Below are positions 60,057 to 64,000 of a stretch of 64,000 bases of DNA, one piece after another. The DNA comes from Emergencia sp. (lineage in GTDB: Bacteria > Bacillota > Clostridia > Peptostreptococcales > Anaerovoracaceae), in assembly GCA_051883055.1 (NCBI GenBank), contig JBJESZ010000012.1, positions 6,844 through 70,843 on the forward strand, read 5' to 3'. The number at the start of each line of letters is the position of its first letter. Within the stretch, counting starts at the first letter, position 1. The notes under the pieces were generated by a model. The model was not told where the DNA came from. It did not search any database and saw only the letters and a list, made by a program, of their open reading frames with translations. The translations under genes and the position numbers were made by a program.

Positions 60057-62405
60057 ATGGAGAGCATTAAGAAGATTATAAAGAGAGATGGCCGAACGGT
60101 TGACTTTAATATTGAAAAGATTACAGATGCAATTTATAAAGCAGCGCAGGTTCTTGGAGGAAGAGACCGTGATATGTCCAATTACCTGGCGAGACAGGTT
60201 GAACTTTATCTTCTGGAGGTGTGCCATAATTCAACTCCTACTGTAGAACAGGTGCAGGATGCTGTAGAAAAGATTCTGATTGAAAACGGACACGCCAGAA
60301 CGGCGAAAGAGTATATCCTGTACAGGGCAGAACGTACCAGAGTCAGAGACATGAATACTAAGCTGATGCGTATTTATGAGGATCTTACTTTCAAGGATGC
60401 CAAGGACAACGATGTAAAAAGAGAAAACGCAAATATTGACGGTAATACTGCCATGGGAACCATGCTGAAGTATGGTTCCGAGGGAGCAAAAGAGTTTTAC
60501 AAGATGTATGTAATAGATCCTAAGTATGCTAAAGCACATGAGAACGGGGATATTCACATTCATGACATGGATTTCTACACTCTGACTATGACATGCTGCC
60601 AGATAGATCTGGTTAAACTTCTGGAAAACGGATTTTCAACAGGACACGGTCATCTGAGAGAGCCTAACGATGTAGAAAGCTACGCAGCTCTTGCATGTAT
60701 CGCTATTCAGTCCAACCAGAACGATCAGCATGGAGGACAGTCAGTGCCGAACTTTGATTACGGAATAGCTCCGGGTGTAAGAAAATCATACAAAAAGCTT
60801 TATTCCAGAAATCTGGGCAAGGCTCTTGAGACTCTTTACGATATAGAAAACGGACTGGAGCTTTCCAAGAGTATCTGCAAGAAAATAGAGGAAGAACACG
60901 GTATATGTCCGTGTATGGCGTGGGATAATGATTATAAGGAAATTGAGGCTAAGGAACTGTACAAGCTTGACCTTACCCCTGAGCAGATTGAGAAGGTGCA
61001 GAAGATTGCTACAAAGTATGCTGACCAGGGTATTGAAAGAAAGACATATCAGGCAATGGAGGCTCTTGTGCATAATCTGAACACAATGCATTCAAGAGCA
61101 GGCGCACAGGTTCCGTTCAGTTCACTGAACTATGGTACTGATACATCTCCTGAAGGAAGACTTGTAATGAAGTCAATTATGCTTGCAACCGAGGCAGGAC
61201 TGGGTAACGGTGAAACTCCGATTTTCCCAATCCAGATTTTCAAGGTGAAAGAGGGCGTAAGCTATAATCCTGAGGATCCGAACTACGATCTGTTCAAGCT
61301 GGCGTGCAGAGTGTCTGCAAAGAGACTGTTCCCTAACTTCTCATTCCTGGATGCTCCGTTCAACAAGCAGTATTATAAAGAAGGCCATCCTGAAACAGAA
61401 TGTGCATATATGGGATGCAGAACAAGAGTTATCGGAAACGTTCACGATCCAAGCAGAGAAATCGTATATGGAAGAGGTAATCTTTCCTTTACATCGATCA
61501 ATCTTCCAAGACTTGCTATAAAGGCAAAGGGAGATCAGGAGATATTCTTTGACAGCCTGGATCATGTAATAGATATTGCCATTGGTCAGCTGAATGAAAG
61601 ATACAGAATTCAGTGTCAGAAGAAGGTTAAGAACTTCCCGTTCCTGATGGGACAGGGTGTATGGATCGATTCAGATAAGCTTTCACCGGATGATACAATT
61701 GAAGAAGTGCTGAAGCATGGTACGCTGACGGTCGGCTTTATCGGACTTGCTGAAGCTCTGAAGGCTTTGATCGGAGAACACCATGGAGAATCAGACAGAG
61801 CTCAGAAGCTGGGTATAGAGATTGTTGCATACATGAGAAAACGTATGGATGAAGAAGCACGTAAGACAGGACTGAACTGGTCACTGATTGCAACTCCTGC
61901 GGAAGGACTGTCAGGAAGGTTCGTAAGAATAGACAGAGAAAAGTTCGGAGTAATCCCTGGTGTAACAGACAGAGACTACTATACTAACGGATTCCACGTT
62001 CCTGTATATTACAACATAGGAGCTTTTGATAAGATTAAGAAGGAGGCACCTTATCACAGTCTGACAAACGGAGGTCATATCTCATACATTGAGCTGGATG
62101 GAGATCCTATCAAAAATCTGGACGCTTTTGAAAAAGTGGTAAGATGCATGAAAGAAAACGGAATCGGATACGGTTCTATCAACCATCCTGTAGACAGAGA
62201 TCCGGTATGTGGATATACAGGTTTAATCGACAATGAATGTCCTTGCTGCGGAAGAAAGGAATACGACGGTGAACCTAAGTTTGAAAGAATCAGGAGAATT
62301 ACCGGATATTTAGTTGGAACTATGGATAACTGGAACGATGCCAAGAGTGCAGAAGAAAAGGACAGAGTTAAGCACGGCATCGGAGAGGGATTTGAGACAT
62401 TATGA
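60057..62405 (+). CDS. nrdD: Anaerobic (class III) ribonucleoside-triphosphate reductase
   Basis: ATP cone (IIKRDGR), IHIHD, TCCQ, YMGCRT, ATPAEG, CPCCG, glycyl-radical motif RITGYL. Confidence 0.98.
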   Translation: MESIKKIIKRDGRTVDFNIEKITDAIYKAAQVLGGRDRDMSNYLARQVELYLLEVCHNSTPTVEQVQDAVEKILIENGHARTAKEYILYRAERTRVRDMNTKLMRIYEDLTFKDAKDNDVKRENANIDGNTAMGTMLKYGSEGAKEFYKMYVIDPKYAKAHENGDIHIHDMDFYTLTMTCCQIDLVKLLENGFSTGHGHLREPNDVESYAALACIAIQSNQNDQHGGQSVPNFDYGIAPGVRKSYKKLYSRNLGKALETLYDIENGLELSKSICKKIEEEHGICPCMAWDNDYKEIEAKELYKLDLTPEQIEKVQKIATKYADQGIERKTYQAMEALVHNLNTMHSRAGAQVPFSSLNYGTDTSPEGRLVMKSIMLATEAGLGNGETPIFPIQIFKVKEGVSYNPEDPNYDLFKLACRVSAKRLFPNFSFLDAPFNKQYYKEGHPETECAYMGCRTRVIGNVHDPSREIVYGRGNLSFTSINLPRLAIKAKGDQEIFFDSLDHVIDIAIGQLNERYRIQCQKKVKNFPFLMGQGVWIDSDKLSPDDTIEEVLKHGTLTVGFIGLAEALKALIGEHHGESDRAQKLGIEIVAYMRKRMDEEARKTGLNWSLIATPAEGLSGRFVRIDREKFGVIPGVTDRDYYTNGFHVPVYYNIGAFDKIKKEAPYHSLTNGGHISYIELDGDPIKNLDAFEKVVRCMKENGIGYGSINHPVDRDPVCGYTGLIDNECPCCGRKEYDGEPKFERIRRITGYLVGTMDNWNDAKSAEEKDRVKHGIGEGFETL

Positions 62406-62923
62406 TAAATAGCGGCGAGCATATTCGATTAGCCGGAATTGTGAGAGAATCAATTGTGGACGGCCCAGGAATAAGATTTGTTGTCTTCTGTCAGGGCTGT
62501 CCTCATCACTGTGAGGAATGTCACAATGAGCCTACTCATGACTTCTCAGGAGGTTTTGATTGTGAAATCTCTAAAATTCTGGAAGTAATAGATGAAAATC
62601 CTCTTCTTGACGGCGTCACATTCAGCGGAGGTGAACCTGCCTGCCAGCCTGAAGGCTTTCTGGCTTTAGCCAGAGAAGTTCACAACAGGGGACTCAACAT
62701 TATTATGTACTCGGGATATACCTATGAGGAGCTGCTGGATCTGGGAAAGAGCAACGGTGCTCTGGCGGAACTGATTGACACAGTGGACATCCTGATAGAT
62801 GGTCGATATGACCATACTCAGAGAGATCTGACGCTGCTGTTCAGAGGTAGCAGAAACCAGAGGGTAATCGATATGGAAAAGACAAGAGAAGAGGGCAGAG
62901 TTGTTCTTGCAGAAAATTTCTAG
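62402..62923 (+). CDS. nrdG: NrdD activating radical SAM enzyme
   Basis: SIVDGPGIR, QGCPHHCEECHN, FSGGEP, FRGSRNQR. Confidence 0.97.
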   Translation: MINSGEHIRLAGIVRESIVDGPGIRFVVFCQGCPHHCEECHNEPTHDFSGGFDCEISKILEVIDENPLLDGVTFSGGEPACQPEGFLALAREVHNRGLNIIMYSGYTYEELLDLGKSNGALAELIDTVDILIDGRYDHTQRDLTLLFRGSRNQRVIDMEKTREEGRVVLAENF

Positions 62924-62939
62924 TTTTTAAAAAAAATAC

Positions 62940-62969
62940 TTGTAATTGGCATCCGAGTTGTGCTATAAT
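62940..62969 (+). promoter_or_regulatory. Sigma-A-type promoter of rpmB
   Basis: TTGTAA-18 bp-TATAAT with extended TG. Confidence 0.6.
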
Positions 62970-63047
62970 GTCGATTGTTCGATATGAACATTATTATTTT
63001 ATTTGAAAAAATGCTATAAGCTTGAGATATTGAAGGAGGTGCGGTAG

Positions 63048-63239
63048 ATGTCAAGAAAATGTGAAATTTGCGGAAAAGGTCAGGTTTCAGGAAACACTGT
63101 TTCCCATTCCAACAGACACACAAGAAGAAAGTGGAATGCAAATATCCAGACTGTAAGAATTGACGACAATGGTACAGTAAGAAAAGCTAATGTATGCACA
63201 AGATGCATCAGATCAAATAAGATTAACCGTGCCATCTAA
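63048..63239 (+). CDS. rpmB: 50S ribosomal protein L28
   Basis: MSRKCEICGK...GNTVSHS...RKWNANIQ...VCTRCIRS. Confidence 0.97.
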   Translation: MSRKCEICGKGQVSGNTVSHSNRHTRRKWNANIQTVRIDDNGTVRKANVCTRCIRSNKINRAI

Positions 63240-63256
63240 TTGAATTTACGCAGGGG

Positions 63257-63280
63257 ACCCGCTTGATAAAGCGGGTTTTT
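63257..63280 (+). terminator. Terminator after rpmB
   Basis: acccgctt-gata-aagcgggt-tttt. Confidence 0.75.
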
Positions 63281-63290
63281 GATTTTTTTG

Positions 63291-63476
63291 TCAGCATCTG
63301 AGAAGAAAGATACCAAAGGTTACCAGTACCACACCGAGCAGCATAATCCACGCTTTTGGAGGCAGAATAAAGGCGCAGACAGTTACAATGCCTATGATAA
63401 TAAGAATAAAACCGATATCCGCAGCCTCTTTACATTTCCAGAAGGGCTTCCTTTTTTTGTTATTATAGTTTCCCAT
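63291..63476 (-). CDS. Small two-TM hypothetical membrane protein (61 aa)
   Basis: Basic N-terminus then two hydrophobic helices; SD-like AAGGGTGA upstream. Confidence 0.6.
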   Translation of the reverse strand: MGNYNNKKRKPFWKCKEAADIGFILIIIGIVTVCAFILPPKAWIMLLGVVLVTFGIFLLRC

Positions 63477-63559
63477 TTTATCACCCTTAATATACTATGC
63501 CATGTGGACATAATCGGTGAAATAATGTAAACTTGTTTTATGAAAAAGGAGAGAAAAAA

Positions 63560-63973
63560 ATGAGTTTGCACAGGAGCACGGATTTAGGCACGATAAAAAT
63601 ATCTGATGTATTGTTCGCTCAGATTATAGTGAACAGTCTCAAACAGAGAGAATGTCTGGGAAAGGCATGGCCTGCCACATCTAAGGGAAAGCAGATTGGA
63701 AATGACCAGAAGTTTAATGTAACTGATGTTGCGTCTCACATCGTGGTGAAGCACGACCGTGAAAGCACAGACGTCGAGCTGGAATTCAATATCATAGTAC
63801 AATTCGGAAACAGTATTTCGGCAATAACAGAAGCCGCTTTTCAGTATGTGGCAGATAACATAGAGCAGGTTCTGGGGAAAAAGCCCGTAAGGATAATAAT
63901 CAATGTGACAGGTATAAGGTCTAAGCAGATTGCAAGAAGAAACATAGAGGTTATCAAACAGTATGAATGTTAG
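63560..63973 (+). CDS. Asp23/Gls24 family protein
   Basis: LGTIKISD, FNIIVQFGNSI, INVTGI; start moved to ATG 63560 (SD AAGGAG). Confidence 0.82.
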   Translation: MSLHRSTDLGTIKISDVLFAQIIVNSLKQRECLGKAWPATSKGKQIGNDQKFNVTDVASHIVVKHDRESTDVELEFNIIVQFGNSISAITEAAFQYVADNIEQVLGKKPVRIIINVTGIRSKQIARRNIEVIKQYEC

Positions 63974-64000
63974 AGATAAAATCGGAACCCTTAGGGGAAT
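63963..64000 (+). CDS. Probable start of the RecG helicase gene (truncated by the window)
   Basis: MNVRDKIGTLRG(I) resembles the RecG N-terminal LxGIG segment; rpmB-asp23-recG is common synteny; only 12 codons are visible. Confidence 0.45.
   Translation, partial: MNVRDKIGTLRG

Overview
A 64-kb chromosomal core and metabolic segment from an anaerobic Firmicute (Clostridia; gene content is compatible with an Anaerovoracaceae-like gut organism, which is an inference). I found no mobile element, prophage, CRISPR array, rRNA or tRNA. From left to right it holds: a truncated TIGR01212 radical SAM gene divergent from queH-asnA-priA-def-fmt-yugP-rsmB-prpC-prkC-rsgA-rpe; a class A PBP; comEC-holA; a 470-bp intergenic DnaA-box cluster; a GltD-linked (group A2-type) [FeFe]-hydrogenase pair; argR-recN; ruvCAB-queA-tgt-rlmD-ABC-F-folE-HD-folP-folBK; an XRE/superoxide-reductase-domain fusion; a 10-gene Mrp-like antiporter operon containing an unannotated 54-aa gene; a BioB-like radical SAM plus C_GCAxxG_C_C pair; upp plus an NCS2 permease; a preQ1-riboswitch-like leader ahead of a YhhQ/VUT transporter and an SDR; glpK, alkD, a nucleoside phosphorylase, a lipoprotein, an M20 amidohydrolase; GH25-metF-metH; sstT; an apparently inactive membrane-anchored PepD homologue; a GNAT; nrdDG with an NrdR box; rpmB, asp23 and probably the start of recG. 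The best candidate for an undescribed system is the preQ1 riboswitch-yhhQ-SDR operon, which points to an unknown NAD-dependent step in queuosine-precursor salvage. Next come the HD hydrolase that may fill the FolQ gap, the DnaA-box cluster with no dnaA beside it, the XRE-SOR sensor, the radical SAM pair and the pseudo-peptidase. All calls come from reading motifs by eye; no database searches were run.
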